NCBI GenBank assembly: GCA_030324005.1 | Contig: JARDVH010000193.1 | Coordinates: forward strand, 39,597,405 to 39,661,404 | DNA length: 64,000 nucleotides | Source: Negaprion brevirostris | Taxonomy: Eukaryota | Direction of reading: 5' to 3' | In this document: piece after piece, positions 37,100-49,428 of the stretch | How the letters are laid out: every line of letters starts with the position of its first letter | Numbering within the stretch: the first letter of the stretch is position 1 | The notes under the pieces: model-generated | What the model saw: the letters and a program-made list of their open reading frames with translations, nothing else | What the model was told of the DNA's origin: nothing | Database searches by the model: none | Translations under genes and position numbers: made by a program

Positions 37100-39037
37100 A
37101 AAGCAGAACAGTTGTTTCAGTTCTGTTGGAAACAAAACAGACAGGACATGTAAAGGGCCAGATAACAAGTCTCAAACTAAAGAAGAAGACAAAATCAAGA
37201 AAAACAGGAGAAAGATCCCAGGAAGACCTTCTGGAGAAAGGAAAAGTAGAGGAATCTGGGAAGATCCTGTTCAGTAAAGTTAAGAATGAAGAGAAGAGGA
37301 AAACTTCAAGTTTAAAGAGAGAAAGCCGCAGGAATGAGGATTAAAGCAAAATAGGCTTGCAAGAAGCCAGAATATCTAAGGAGACAGCTGAATGTTTGTC
37401 ATGCTTTACTATGGGCCTGTGAAGCAGCAATGTTCTGTTGACACAGCTGAGTATCTGAGGTAGATGGCATGGAAGGAGAAGATTGAATGTATGTGGTGTT
37501 CAAAGGGAGAGGACCATTGAAAAGAGAGATCAAAACCATGGAAATGGATCCTCATTGAAGATATGTAAGAAAATGCATTGTTTGGGAAAAGATTCCAATG
37601 TGCGTTCTTCAAGAGTGGAGATTGGAAAGACCGAGTTCCAGTGAGACCATTTGGCCCACAGTGTGACAAGCAGACAAGCATCTGGGGGGAGTTGATGATA
37701 GATCCGTAGATGTCATTTTCGGTGACAGCTGTCATTTGGGTGGCAATTCTCCCAAAAGTGCTGAATTGGTGGGAAAACTAATTTAGATCACAACTGCTTT
37801 TTCAGTGCAACTTTAGACCTGAATCTCCTCACGATATGCAATGTAGAGATCCCAATCATGAATATCATTAAAAATCTGAGGTGGGTGGAGCCTATTCACG
37901 CCAGAGGCTGATGGCTCTGAAACTCTGCGCGTACGCAGTGGCCCCGATCTGTTAGTCTCCCTGTTTGCAGGCAGCTTGATCTTTGGCCAATCCAAGACCC
38001 CCACATTGCTGCCACCCCCATGACCTGATTGCAACCCCCATAACAATTCCCGAGCCAGCCCCAACTGCACCGTGTCCCAGAACGCCCTGATATCCAGCCT
38101 ACTTCCTCACCCCGGAAGACGCCCCCTCTGGGTGGCAGATTCCCCCNNNNNNNNNNNNNNNNNNNNNNNNNNNNNNNNNNNNNNNNNNNNNNNNNNNNNN
38201 NNNNNNNNNNNNNNNNNNNNNNNNNNNNNNNNNNNNNNNNNNNNNNNNNNNNNNNNNNNNNNNNNNNNNNNNNNNNNNNNNNNNNNNNNNNNNNNNCTGA
38301 CCAATCCCCATGCAGAATGGCAATGGGACCCCCGCATCCCCACCCCCACTAAGTGCCAGGGTGCCCATTTCCAGGGGGAACCATTCCACCACCACCTGAT
38401 CCCTGAGGGGTCCTGATTGCCCACTCCTTCATTCCAAAGGGGTCTCTCTCTAGTTCCCCAAAGCTACTCTAAGCCCTGCCAAAATGAAGTACTCCTGGTG
38501 GGGTGGGAGATGCTATAATCACATCTAAACTATACTAAAAACAGGTTTAAATTACTTATCTCTCTTCCTTCCAGTTTCCAGCATTGTCTTGATTGTGCTT
38601 GTTGCCTGGCTCTGGGAGATGCGCATGCGTCGGGAACGCATGCACGAATCGTGCAAAATGGCCAATGCGTGATTCTCCTGATCGAACCCACCAAAAAATG
38701 TGGGGGTCGCAGTGGGAGAATTGCCCCCTTGGATTCAGAGTATGTCATATCCGACCACAGGTTGTCTGTTGGTTTACATGGACTATGTACTTACTGTGAA
38801 TATTAGAGTACAAGAGAGATTTTGTAACTTGAGTTATCTTTATGAACCTGTGTACATATTAAATAGAGTTAGCCCTTTCTTCTTTATTCTTTTGCTAGAA
38901 GTTTATCAGCTGACTGTAACTCTGTTCAGTAGCTGCCCTCCATATTCTAAACAGAAGATTAAAATTTGGATCTATCAAGCTAAGTTCTACTCTGGAATCC
39001 GACTTATCCAGTACTAACATCAGTTGGGATCATAACA
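37100..39037 (+). mobile_element. LTR-like segment interrupted by a Harbinger-type element
   Basis: Purine-rich U3-like part and an end ...gttgggatcataaca typical of LTR termini; 5' end not clear. Confidence 0.5.
37739..38728 (-). mobile_element. Complete non-autonomous PIF/Harbinger-type element
   Basis: 16-bp TIRs GGTGGCAATTCTCCCA / TGGGAGAATTGCCCCC (15/16 match); 3-bp TSD TTG at 37736-37738 and 38729-38731. Confidence 0.85.
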
Positions 39038-39919
39038 CTTCCACAAACCTTCGAAGGGTAGTTGTATGTCAAACACATTTCACCTGCAGGATGTATGCCT
39101 ACCCCTTTAAATAGTGTGGGGTGGTCCTCCTTAAAGTGATTAGCCCAGACGTTCAAAGTTTTAAAGACATGTGTTAGATCAGCCAAATGAATATTTAATG
39201 CCAAAAACTGCCATTGCTGAGAATGCACAGCACACCCACCATGCAGGGTGCACTGGACATGACCAGGAACGTTATTACAGGCCATTTGCTGAGTTCAGGG
39301 CATCTATACCATCTTTGCAACCTAAGTATCTGTGTAGGCTATAAAAATATAATGTCTGCAATTGTGTTCTCTCGTTCCCAATGACAAAAATAATAGTTTA
39401 GAATAAGAAAACTCATCTGACTGTGGAATAGTTCAACATTTAGAGATTCCATTCATAGTTATGGAATTATAAAAGCACAGCTAAGTCAGGAACTGTGCCC
39501 CAGCAGAAAAGCGTCACTGAAGGAAGAGGAGGCGGTAATGGCATGGGGAAAAGTACAGGAAGTGAACTCCTATCCAGGGTTATTTTGGGCCACAGGAGTT
39601 ACTGTTGGAAATAGCCCAGATGTAGGCCTCCACTTGGGATGGTCACGTTGTGACAATTACGGAAAATTTTGTTTACAATTTTACATCAGTGGATGATTCT
39701 GCTTTTTTATTTAGGAGGAAGGGAACAGCTTAAACAGCATACATTGAATCTCTGGGACACAGTATCCAATGCATAGTAAAATGGGTATTTCTCATTTTCT
39801 TCCAATAGGATGGGTGGATTGGAACATTGCTTTCTTTCACAACAATGCTGGCACATATGCTTTAAAAAAAACTCAGAAACAATGTTTGAAATATGTGACT
39901 CTACAGCTTATTCAAAAGG

Positions 39920-40085
39920 CAGCTAGATATAGCATATGGGGCGAATGGGATCATAGGTTATGGGGAGAAAGCTGGATTAGGCTACCGAGTTGGATGATTA
40001 GCCATGATCATGATGAATGGTGGAGCAGGCTCCAAGGGCCGAATGGCCTCCTCCTGTTCCTACCTTTTATGTTTCTATGTTTATG
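39920..40085 (+). mobile_element. CR1 3'UTR
   Basis: ggagcaggctccaagggccgaatggcctcctcctgttcc, tail tatgtttctatgttt. Confidence 0.8.
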
Positions 40086-40309
40086 ACAAGATCCTGGCCC
40101 AGCCTTGTAAATGATCATGCGTGAACCTGACTCAGGCCCAGATCAAACGCCACAGCCCTTGATCTGTCCAACATAGTCAATCCATTTGCCAAGGTATCAA
40201 TCTATAATTTCAAAATTCTACCACACCAGTACTTTTACATGTTCATATGAGCTGGAAGGTGCTTGCTGATGGCAAATGAGTGTAGCTTAGAACTGAGTGC
40301 ATATTTGAA

Positions 40310-40850
40310 AGTTTGGTGAGTGGGACTATTTGATGAGGCGAAAGAGGTGTTTCTTTCTTTCTGCTTTTTTGACCTTTCTTTCCCTGTAGGAATTGATTCT
40401 TATTCTACGACAGGAAAAGAGCTAGTCATTTGGTGAGTTCCTATCATGTGATTAAAGTATGTTCCAGCTCAAGATTTTGAATAATATATGTGTCAAGGCT
40501 GAGAGCTCCAGAATGCCAGTGTGATCCTGGGCAAATACGTCAGCTGTGAGTACTTGCAGCTTGAGGAGCTTCGGCTCATAGTCATTGAGCTGGAGGCTGA
40601 GCTGCAGACACTGTGACAGGCCAGGAAATTACCTGGATGCTTTGGAGNNNNNNNNNNNNNNNNNNNNNNNNNNNNNNNNNNNNNNNNNNNNNNNNNNNNN
40701 NNNNNNNNNNNNNNNNNNNNNNNNNNNNNNNNNNNNNNNNNNNNNNNCTTTGGAGCAGGAGGCAGTCACACAATTTAGGATAGGCTCTTCTGATTTGGTC
40801 AGTGATCAGGGAGAGGAGGGTCTGACAGTGTCATCCTGTGCTGGGAGCAG
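40310..40850 (+). mobile_element. CR1 5'UTR/ORF1 N-terminal fragment
   Basis: gtttggtgagtgggac repeats; LQLEELRLIVIELEAELQTL zipper after a Cys-rich remnant. Confidence 0.65.
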
Positions 40851-40869
40851 TGCCAGGACCAGATCTTAA

Positions 40870-41250
40870 TGGGAGCCCATGGGTGTGGTTCATCTATGTG
40901 TGGTGGGGGAGAATGATCACTGAGCAGGAAGAGGGGGGTTACTGAGGGAAAGCTGGCAATGATTGTTGGGGGGGATGGGTTGGGGGAAATGCTGGTAATG
41001 ATTGCCAAGGATGGGGTGAGTTTGTTTTTATTGCTGATCAGGGTGCTGTTTAAAGATGGCGACCGATCTCTGTGGAGCCTGTTGCCTGCTCTAAGTATCC
41101 CTGCCCCATTAAAGTGACTGCATAAACCACAGCCATGCGTTTTCTTTCTTTAAAGAGATTGGAGAGAAAATTGGTCTGTGAAACTGGAGAGTTCCATGTC
41201 AGTTTTCCCATTGAACCTGACGCCTTGCCAAATTCTGGTAAGATTGCCCC
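40870..41250. mobile_element. Partial non-autonomous Harbinger-like element
   Basis: aaagatggcg motif; ends ggtaagattgcccc (TIR-like). Confidence 0.5.
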
Positions 41251-42870
41251 CATGATTAAAGACATTATACCAGGGCACTTGGAAAGATGCAGGGTAATCA
41301 GGCAGAGTCAGCATGGTTTTGTGAGCGGGAAATCATGTTTAACCAATTTTTTGGATTTCTTTGAAGAAGTAACATGTGCCATGGATAAAAGGATGGATAT
41401 ACTGTGCTTAGAATTTCAGAAGGTATGTGATAAGGTGCCACTTCAAAGGATATTGTGAAAAATAAAGGCACATGATGGAAGAATGGCGAACAAACAGGAT
41501 AAAAGGGTCAGCATAAAATGGATCTTTTTCTGGTTGGCAGTATGTAACGAGTGGTGTATTACAGGAATCAGTGCTGCAGCCTCAATTTTTTCCAATTTAT
41601 ATAAATAACTTGGATGAAGAGACCAAAGCTACAGTTTCTAAATTTGCTGATGACATAAAGATAGGTAGCTTAGTAAGATGTTCAAATGATGTAGGTTAAA
41701 GTGGGCAAAGACCTGACAAATGGATAATGATGTAGAAAAGTGTGAAATTGTCCATTTTGGCAGGAAAATAATAAAAAAGCATAGAATCTAAATAGTGAAA
41801 GATTGCAGAGCTCTCAGATGTAGATGGATCTGGGAGGCCTAGTGCATGAATCATAAAAGGCTTGTGTGCGGATACAAGTAATTAGGAGAGCGAATAGAAT
41901 GTGTAATTTATTACAAAGGGAATTGAATACAGAAGTAAGGAAGTTGAGCTTCAGTAATACAGAGAATTGGTGAGACTACATCTGTAGTATTGTGTACAGT
42001 ATTGGTCTCTTTTTCTAAGGAAAGATGTAAATATGTTGGATGCAGTTTACTAAGTTGGAGTGGGTAGGTTGTACTATGAGGTTGTATATGTACTCTGTTG
42101 GACAGGCTGGTTATTTGAATCCACCGGAGTTTAGAAAATAAGAAAAAATCTTGACTAAAATATATAAGATCCTGAGTAGCCTTGACAGGTTAGACGTGGA
42201 GAGGATGTTTCCTCTTGTGGGAAAGTCTAATACTGGGGCCACTGTTTAAAAATAAGTGGTTAGCTGTTTAAGACAGAGATGAGAAGAATTTTTTTCTCTC
42301 AAAGGTTGTAAGTTTTTCATTCATTTGTGCGACATGGGCATCATTAGCTGGCCAGCATTTATTGCCTAAGGGCAGCTGAGAGTCAACCACACTGTTGTGG
42401 CTCTAGAGTCACATTTAGGCCAGACCAGGTAAGGATGCCAGATTTCCTTCCCTAAAGGACATGAGTGAACCAGATGGGTTTTTCCAACAATTCACAATGA
42501 TTTCATGGCCATCAGTAGATTCTTTTAATTGAATTCAAATTCCACCATCTGCCATGGCAGGATTCGAGCCTGGGTCCCCAGAACATCAGCTGAGTTTCTG
42601 GATTAAGAATCTAGTGACAATACCACTAGGTCATTATCACCTCCTCATTCACAGTTCTTTGGAACTATCTTCCTCAAAAGGCAGTAGAAGCAGAGTTTTA
42701 GAAATTTTTTCAGGCAGCGGTAGATAGATTAACAAAGGGATGAAAGGTTATCTAGAGTAAGTGGGAACGTGGGGTTGAAGTTACAATCAGATCAGCCATG
42801 ATCTCATTGGATGGCACAGCAGGCTTGAAGGGCTGAGTGGCCTACTCCTACTCCGAATGCATATGTTCTT
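41251..42870 (+). mobile_element. CR1/HER1-like LINE ORF2 relic through 3'UTR, with SINE insertion
   Basis: IRQSQHGFVSGKSCLTNFLDFFEEVT...LEFQKVCDKVP; KFADDIK near 41640-41660. Confidence 0.9.
42313..42644 (-). mobile_element. Second tRNA-derived SINE family, full length
   Basis: Minus head tagtggtattgtcactaga...ggctcgaatcc; tail aggcaataaatgctggccagc shared with the second LINE family. Confidence 0.8.
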
Positions 42871-42886
42871 GTGTACTTTCTCCACT

Positions 42887-42955
42887 ACCTTAACCTGGTG
42901 TTGTGAGATTTCTTACTGTGCCCACCCCAGTCCAACACCGGCATCTCCACATCAT
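42887..42955 (+). mobile_element. PLE family-2 terminal fragment
   Basis: taacctggtgttgtgagatttcttactgtgcccaccccagtccaacaccggcatctccacatca. Confidence 0.7.
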
Positions 42956-43540
42956 ACTTTAACAGAGGCATTGTCCCATTGTGGTTTCGTGTCTTCAATA
43001 AAACAGCTGAGTAAAGAATTTCACACAAATGCGCCAAATGTCTGTGTTCTAATATTTGCATGCTGTAATTTCAAAGTCCACATTTGCACTGAAATACCAT
43101 TTACCCAGACTAGGCAACTGCTTCAGTTGAACAAGTAATGAGCAATGGGGATTTGCTGAATAGTATCAGGATGTTTCAATTTGGACTTGTTAAACTGTTT
43201 ATTGAATTATACTTAGAATGCAAACTGGTTACCAGAGAAAACTGTTCAGCTTCTAAGACATTTCTTTTAATGAATCGTAAATAAACTGTTCTGACAGTAT
43301 TTGGAAACAAAATATTCAAAATTGTGTCAATGTACTTAGTGGACAAAATTTGTTCCATCTGTTTTTCACTCTCTGCACAAAATAAGGAGTTACATTGCAC
43401 ACCTCAAGACAAATTAATGTCTGAGATTCACGCATTTTATTCAAACTTAGCTAGGTACATACATATGTATTTTATCTATTCCCACACCAGATTCACACTA
43501 ACAATATGGACCATTCCTGGCTGACAGGTGGGGAACTGAC

Positions 43541-43680
43541 CATAGAATCGCTACAGTGCAGCCCATTGAGTCTGCACTGACTCTCCAAAAGAGTATCCCA
43601 ACCAGGTCTTCCCCTCCACCCTATCCCTGTAACCTCACACATTTAGCATGGTCAATGCCTACTGTGCACATCATTGGACC
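43541..43680 (-). mobile_element. HE1 SINE 3' fragment
   Basis: catagaatcgctacagtgca...tttagcatggtcaatgcc. Confidence 0.7.
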
Positions 43681-44214
43681 TTTAATAGAAGGTGAGTAAA
43701 GAGAGTATGAGGCTATTCATGCATTGTCTCCCCTCCAGATTGGCACTATTATTTGAAATGAATGAAGAGTTCTCCAATATCCTGTCCAATAAGTCTTTTA
43801 ATTTCTTTTTGTTGCAATCTGACATCCCACAACAGTTGTAGTGCCTCCCTAAACATGTAAAAATAGTTGCAATGATACAAAAAATGGTGCTGCTTTGCTG
43901 ATCCTTTCTTACAGATATTTGATTTGAGTGGTAGTGGTTTGTGACTGGCGAATTACCACACCAAGTAGGAGAGGTAGTGATTTCAGCAGTGGCAGTTTAA
44001 TTATAGAGTAAACGGACTAAAGATGGTGGGTGAAACTGAAAACAGGCAAATGTAAAATATATTACGTAGGAGGAAAAATGAGACTAAAAAAAATTGCTGA
44101 AGTAGTTAAGGAAGATGTTAGAGACTGAGACATTTTAGTAAACCTTATGCTTATCATATTCAATAAATATAGACAATAACAATAAAGCCTTATTGAAAAT
44201 TATATCCACAGTCT

Positions 44215-45215
44215 GTCCCTCCAACATTACTGCACCGTGGCAGCAGTGTGTACCATCCACAAGACGCACAGCAGAAACTTAGCAAGGCTCCCTAGACGGC
44301 ACCTTCAAAACCCAGAACCACTACAATGTAGAAGGACGAGTGCAGCAGATGCATAGGAACACCACTACAAGGTTCTCCTCCAAGCCCTCACTTAACATTG
44401 TGACTTGAAACTATGGGCCCGGAGGCAGGTAAGTCGTTTGATTCTTTTAAAATGTAGTTTAAATATGTTTTGCATGTGATTATTGGGAACTTGCCAGGTC
44501 CAACTGAATCTCCCACCCTGCCAGTGGTACTTCACTCCAGTGGGGTTTAGAGTAACTCCCCCACATTTGGGGAACTGGCGGAAGACCCCACCGGAATGAA
44601 GGTGGAGGGGGGAATTGGGGATCCTCTGAGGGTCGGGGGTGTGGGGTGGTGCCCCCCTGGGCATAGGCACCCTGGCAGTGCCAGCTTGTGCTCCTGGCAC
44701 TGCCCAAGGGGCAAAATGCCCAAGTGGCAAAGTGTTCATACCCAGGGGCACCTTGGCACTGCCCATGAGGCATCAGGCAGTGCCAAGAGGGAGGGACCTA
44801 TTGTGGGTGAGGCCTAGGGGCAATTGGTGAGGGTAAGGGGGTCCTGCTGTCATTTTGNNNNNNNNNNNNNNNNNNNNNNNNNNNNNNNNNNNNNNNNNNN
44901 NNNNNNNNNNNNNNNNNNNNNNNNNNNNNNNNNNNNNNNNNNNNNNNNNNNNNNNNNATCCCCGATTGTGATCTCTGCAGTGCAGGGAGTGCGGAGATTT
45001 AAGTATGAAGCTGCACTGAAAAAAACAGTTGTGATCTAGAACAGTTTTCCCACTAAATCAGCATTTTTGGGAAAATCGCCCGCTATATCACCATTCCTTC
45101 AGTGTCACTGGGTCAAAATCCTGAAACTTCCTTTCTAATAGCAGTGCGCACGTACCTACACCACGTGGACTGCAGTGGTTCAAGAAGGCAGCTCACCAGT
45201 ATTTTCTCAAGGACA
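44215..45215 (+). mobile_element. 3' end of second LINE family, split by a Harbinger-type element
   Basis: accgtggcagcagtgtgtaccatc...gacttgaaactat | tatatcaccattcc...ggttcaagaaggcagctcacca. Confidence 0.78.
44415..45083 (+). mobile_element. Internally deleted non-autonomous Harbinger-type element
   Basis: Interior near-identical in parts to 22620-22950; right end tgggaaaatcgccc; TAT duplicated at 44412-44414 and 45084-45086. Confidence 0.72.
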
Positions 45216-47522
45216 ACCGCAAACAAGGCAACAAATCCTCCATCCACATACTGACCAAAGCGAAGAACCTCCCTGGACACACTCTGCCCTTAATACTGCA
45301 TACTACTCTCACTGTCTCCCAGGCACAAAAAGAAGCAGCCACTCCAGGAAGCGTGGGAAACATGCAGGCCTGTAGGTGAGAGTGAAACAATGCAATCCCA
45401 AGGACCACTCTCAAGCTTACTCCTGGCAATGTCCAATCTCTGGAAAACAAGCTAGATGAACTTAAAGTCAGATTCACTTTTCAAAGGCAATTGAGAGAAT
45501 GCTGTGTGTTCTGTTTCACGGAGACATGGCTCACTCCTGCTTCACCAGACTGTGCCCAACAACAAGAGGGTTTACCAATCCACCAAATGGACCATACAGC
45601 AGCCTTAGGCAAGGCAAGGGGAGGTGGGATCTGCCTTATAATCAATACTTCTTGGTGTCTAGACTTAGTAATACTGGCAAGTTCCTGCTCCCTGGACCTA
45701 GAATACTTGACACTAAAATGCCGTCCCTACTACCTTGCATGGGAGTTCATCTCCTGACAGCAGCTTACATTCCACCCCGTGCGGACATGAAGATCACGCT
45801 GGACAAAATATACACCACCACAAACAGCCTTGAGGTGAAACATCCCAAGATCTTATTCATTGTGGCCAGGGTCTTCAATCAATCCATGATCAAGAGTGTC
45901 CCGCCAAGATCAAGAGTGCCTTACCAAGATACCACTAACACGTCTCCTGTTCCACCAGAGGCCCAAACATCCTAGACCATTGCTACACAAATGTCAAACA
46001 TGTCTACTGCTCTATCACCCATCCATATTTTGGCAAATCAGACCACAAGGCTGTGCTCCTGCCCCTGGCTTACAAGCAAAAACTCAAGCGGGAGAATCCA
46101 TCAAAGAGAGTTATGCAGTGTCGGTCTGCGGAATTGGATGATCTCCGACAAGACTGCTAAGAGTCAGTAGACTAGTCAATATTTAAAAACTCAGTGACCA
46201 ATCTGGACGAGTAAGTCACAACAGTAACTGACTTCATTAGTAAGCGTGTNNNNNNNNNNNNNNNNNNNNNNNNNNNNNNNNNNNNNNNNNNNNNNNNNNN
46301 NNNNNNNNNNNNNNNNNNNNNNNNNNNNNNNNNNNNNNNNNNNNNNNNNGCCTACATCAGCACACCATTATAGTAACTGACTTCATTAGTAAGCGTGTAG
46401 AAGACTGTGTGCCAAAGAAGCAAATCTGTGGATTTCCCAATTTCCCAATATCCAATGTTTGCTTGTAGTCCAGGTCTGAGGCGTTCAAGTCAGGTGACCC
46501 TGGCCTATACAAGAAATTCAGATGTGATCTATGGAGAGCCATCAAAGATGCCAAGAGACCGTACTGGCCAAGCTAGAGTCCCAGGCCAGCCACATGGACT
46601 CCCACTGACTGTGGCTAGGTCTGCAAAATATAGCAGGCTACAAAATGAAGGCATGTAAAATTGACAGCACCAATGCACCCCTTCCCGATGGGCTCAATGC
46701 ATTCTATGTCCATTTTGAACAAGATGTCAACGGGAGCATGCCCTCCACTCCAGAAGCCTCGGATGAACTTGTATTCGAGGCCACCATTGCAGACATCAGA
46801 GCAGCCTTCTCAAAAGTCAACCCACAGAAAGCGACTGGCCCAGCTGGGGGACCCAGAAGAGCACTCGGATCCTGTATGGACCAGCTGGCAGGGGTATTCG
46901 CAGACATCTTTAACTTTTCTTTACTGAAGGCCCTACCTACTTCAAGATGATGACCATCATCCTGGTACCAAAGAAATGGCAGGCAGCATGCCTTAATGAC
47001 TATTGGCTGATGGCTCTGACATCCATTACTATGAAGTGCTTCAAAAGGTTAGTCATGGCACAAATCAATTCCGGCCTCCCAGATTGACTGGATCCACTAG
47101 TGTTTGACTATCGCCTCAACAGGTCCACAGCAGACGCCATCTCCCTGGCCCTACATTCAATCCTGGAAACTTAGATATCAAAGACATCCATGTCAGACTC
47201 CTATTTATCGACTACAGCTCAGCCTTCAACACCATTCTTCCTACAAAACCCGTCTCCAAAGAACATGGTCTGGGATTTGGCTCTTCCCCCTGTGACTGGA
47301 TCCTAGTCTTCCTAGCGTACAGACCACAATCAGTAAGGATAGGCAACGACACCTCCTCCATGATCATCCTCAACACCGATGCCCCACAAGGCTGTGTCTT
47401 CATCCCCTTACTATACTCCTTATACACCTTTGACTGTGTGGCCAAATTCCCTTCCAACTTGATTTTTAAGTTTGCTGATGATACCACTATGGTAGGTCAG
47501 ATCTCAAACAACAATGAGACGG
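45216..47522 (+). mobile_element. Rex1/Babar-type LINE (endonuclease plus RT), disrupted and 3'-truncated
   Basis: KRGKHAG, NVQSLENKLDEL, CCVFCFTETWL (APE); KATGPAG, APQGCVFIPLLYSLYTFDCVA, FKFADDTT (RT); many stops and frameshifts. Confidence 0.88.
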
Positions 47523-47942
47523 AGGGAGGTGGTTAGAAGCATAAAATTGAAGCAACAGGATTCTCTCTGATTTCCTACCTGCTCCAGCCTTGCAGCAATT
47601 TTATGTTAGGGCAGGTAAGGTCTCAGATGGGACACCCATTCTTTCCCCAGTTGAGGCTTTAAGTAGCTAATCATTTAAATTTTTATCTCGCCCGTCTCAA
47701 AGCTGGCAGGTTTATGTGGCATGGCAGAAGCCTAGAAAATAATGGACTTAGATCTGAGGCAGAAAGGCAGGGTGGGGGAGGGGGCGAATCCATCTGACTG
47801 TGGGAGTGCCCTTTAAGGTCCATGTGGGACTTTTTAGATGTANNNNNNNNNNNNNNNNNNNNNNNNNNNNNNNNNNNNNNNNNNNNNNNNNNNNNNNNNN
47901 NNNNNNNNNNNNNNNNNNNNNNNNNNNNNNNNNNNNNNNNNN

Positions 47943-48095
47943 AGAAATTGTCCCTTTGTGTCCTGGGTTGTGGGGGTTTGAGGGATTAGTGGGTAAATGT
48001 GTAGGGATATGGGGGTAGGGCCTGGGTGGGACTGGGTTCGGTGCAGATGGGCCGAAGGGCCTCTTTCTGCGCTGTAGGGTTCTATGATTCTATGA
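47943..48095 (+). mobile_element. HE1 SINE 3' half, tail A
   Basis: gggcctgggtggg...ctgtagggttctatgattctatga. Confidence 0.85.
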
Positions 48096-48099
48096 TCTA

Positions 48100-48500
48100 T
48101 AAGAGTAGGGAGGTTCTCCTGGACATGGTGGTCAATATTGGTCCCTGAGAACCAATACTTGTCAACAAAATCAATACTGTCTTTGAATTCATCCAAACCA
48201 TCGAATATAAACAGCAATCCCTCTGGATTCTTCCAGAGCTCTCCCAAAGTATTCCGAAAGTAAGGATACTGATTCAATATCAGATTGCTCAGGTTTATTC
48301 TACCGAGTTCAAATCCCAGAATTTAAAACATTAAGCAAGATGATCTGGTCATTATCATATTGCCTTTCTGCAGATTTTGCTGCTTGTGAATTTGAATTGT
48401 TATTTTTTTTAAACACTTGCAACAATAACAGCACTTCACAAAGTGCTGAGTTGACAGTAAAGGGCTTCTGGGATGTCCTGGGGACATGACAACAAGCCTT
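48100..48500 (+). mobile_element. DeuSINE relic hosting the NACHT insertion
   Basis: ggttctcc...ggtcaatattggtccctgagaaccaa | gatgatctggtcattatcatattgc...gtaaagggcttctgggatgtcctg is collinear with the Deu domain. Confidence 0.65.
48161..48330 (-). pseudogene. NLR (NACHT-domain, NLRP/NLRC3-like) gene fragment
   Basis: FKFWDLNS, a frameshift, then 48 open codons GRINLSNLILNQYPYFRNTLGELWKNPEGLLFIFDGLDEFKDSIDFVD (48304-48161); NACHT Walker B LLFIFDGLDE at 48185-48217. Confidence 0.85.
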
Positions 48501-48932
48501 TCATTTTACTTTCCTTGCAAGGAAGGTCCAAATCTTTTATCAGTTCATTGCAGAGATTTTGGCACAGTTAAGTGCCCACGGTTTCCAATCCCCTGCCAAC
48601 TCTGTGATGGCAAGCTGGAGGACATCAAAATCCCTAAAATGGCAGAAAGAAGCGAGTCAGAAGGAACTGAATACAGATCTTAATGAACAGTATTGCTCTG
48701 TGAAAGAAACCGTGGGCAACACAGCACTGTGCGAACAGGCCAGGGAGGACTAAAGGTGAGGCTGAACGAGTCCTTTGAGAATCAGTCACCGTGGAGATTC
48801 AATTAATAAAAAGACACACAACGCTGAACCACGCTGACAGATCAAAGAATTTCATCAAGCCATTCAAACCCAACCTGCCTTTAACAAACCCATTCTTGAT
48901 TAACCCATGCCTTTCCAAAGTTAAAGGAAGAC

Positions 48933-49428
48933 CATAGAATCCCTACAGTGCAGGAAGAGGCCATTCAGCCCATCGAGTTTCCATCAACTCTCCGAAAGTG
49001 CATCCATCTCAACCCCATCCTCTCCTCTTAACCCCACATATTTACCACAGCCAATCCACCTAATCTACCCATTGTCCGTGTTAAATTTCCCCTTAGGTAT
49101 CAAGCAGACTAGCAGGGTAAATTTGTGGAATTACAGGGATAGGGCCTGGGTGGGTTTGTGAATGGTGCAGACTTGATGGGCTGAACGGCCTCTTACAGTA
49201 TTGTAGGGATTCTATGATATCCATTTTTGGTCATCAAGGGTCAACTCACTGTGGCTGATCCACCGAACCTGCACACCTTTGTACGGTGGCAGGAAATCGG
49301 AGCACCCGGAGGAAACCCATGCAGACATGGGGAGAACATACAAACTCTACACAGAGAGTCTGCCAAGGTCAGAATCAAACCCAGGTCTCTGGCACTGCGA
49401 GGCAGCAGTGCCACCCACTGTGCCACCA
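48933..49428. mobile_element. Cluster of three HE1 pieces (-, +, -)
   Basis: 3' half on - (48933-49075), 3' half on + (49080-49217), 5' half on - (49230-49428). Confidence 0.8.

Noticed and set aside
46223-46398. 27-nt direct repeat flanking an apparent insertion in Rex1
   Set aside because: It brackets an exact 100-N gap; other 100-N gaps (28628, 40648, 58373) also have duplicated flanks, so it is likely an assembly overlap.
47834-48277. 147-aa ORF as a real NLR gene
   Set aside because: Only the first ~39 codons are NACHT; the rest is antisense DeuSINE/HE1 and a gap.
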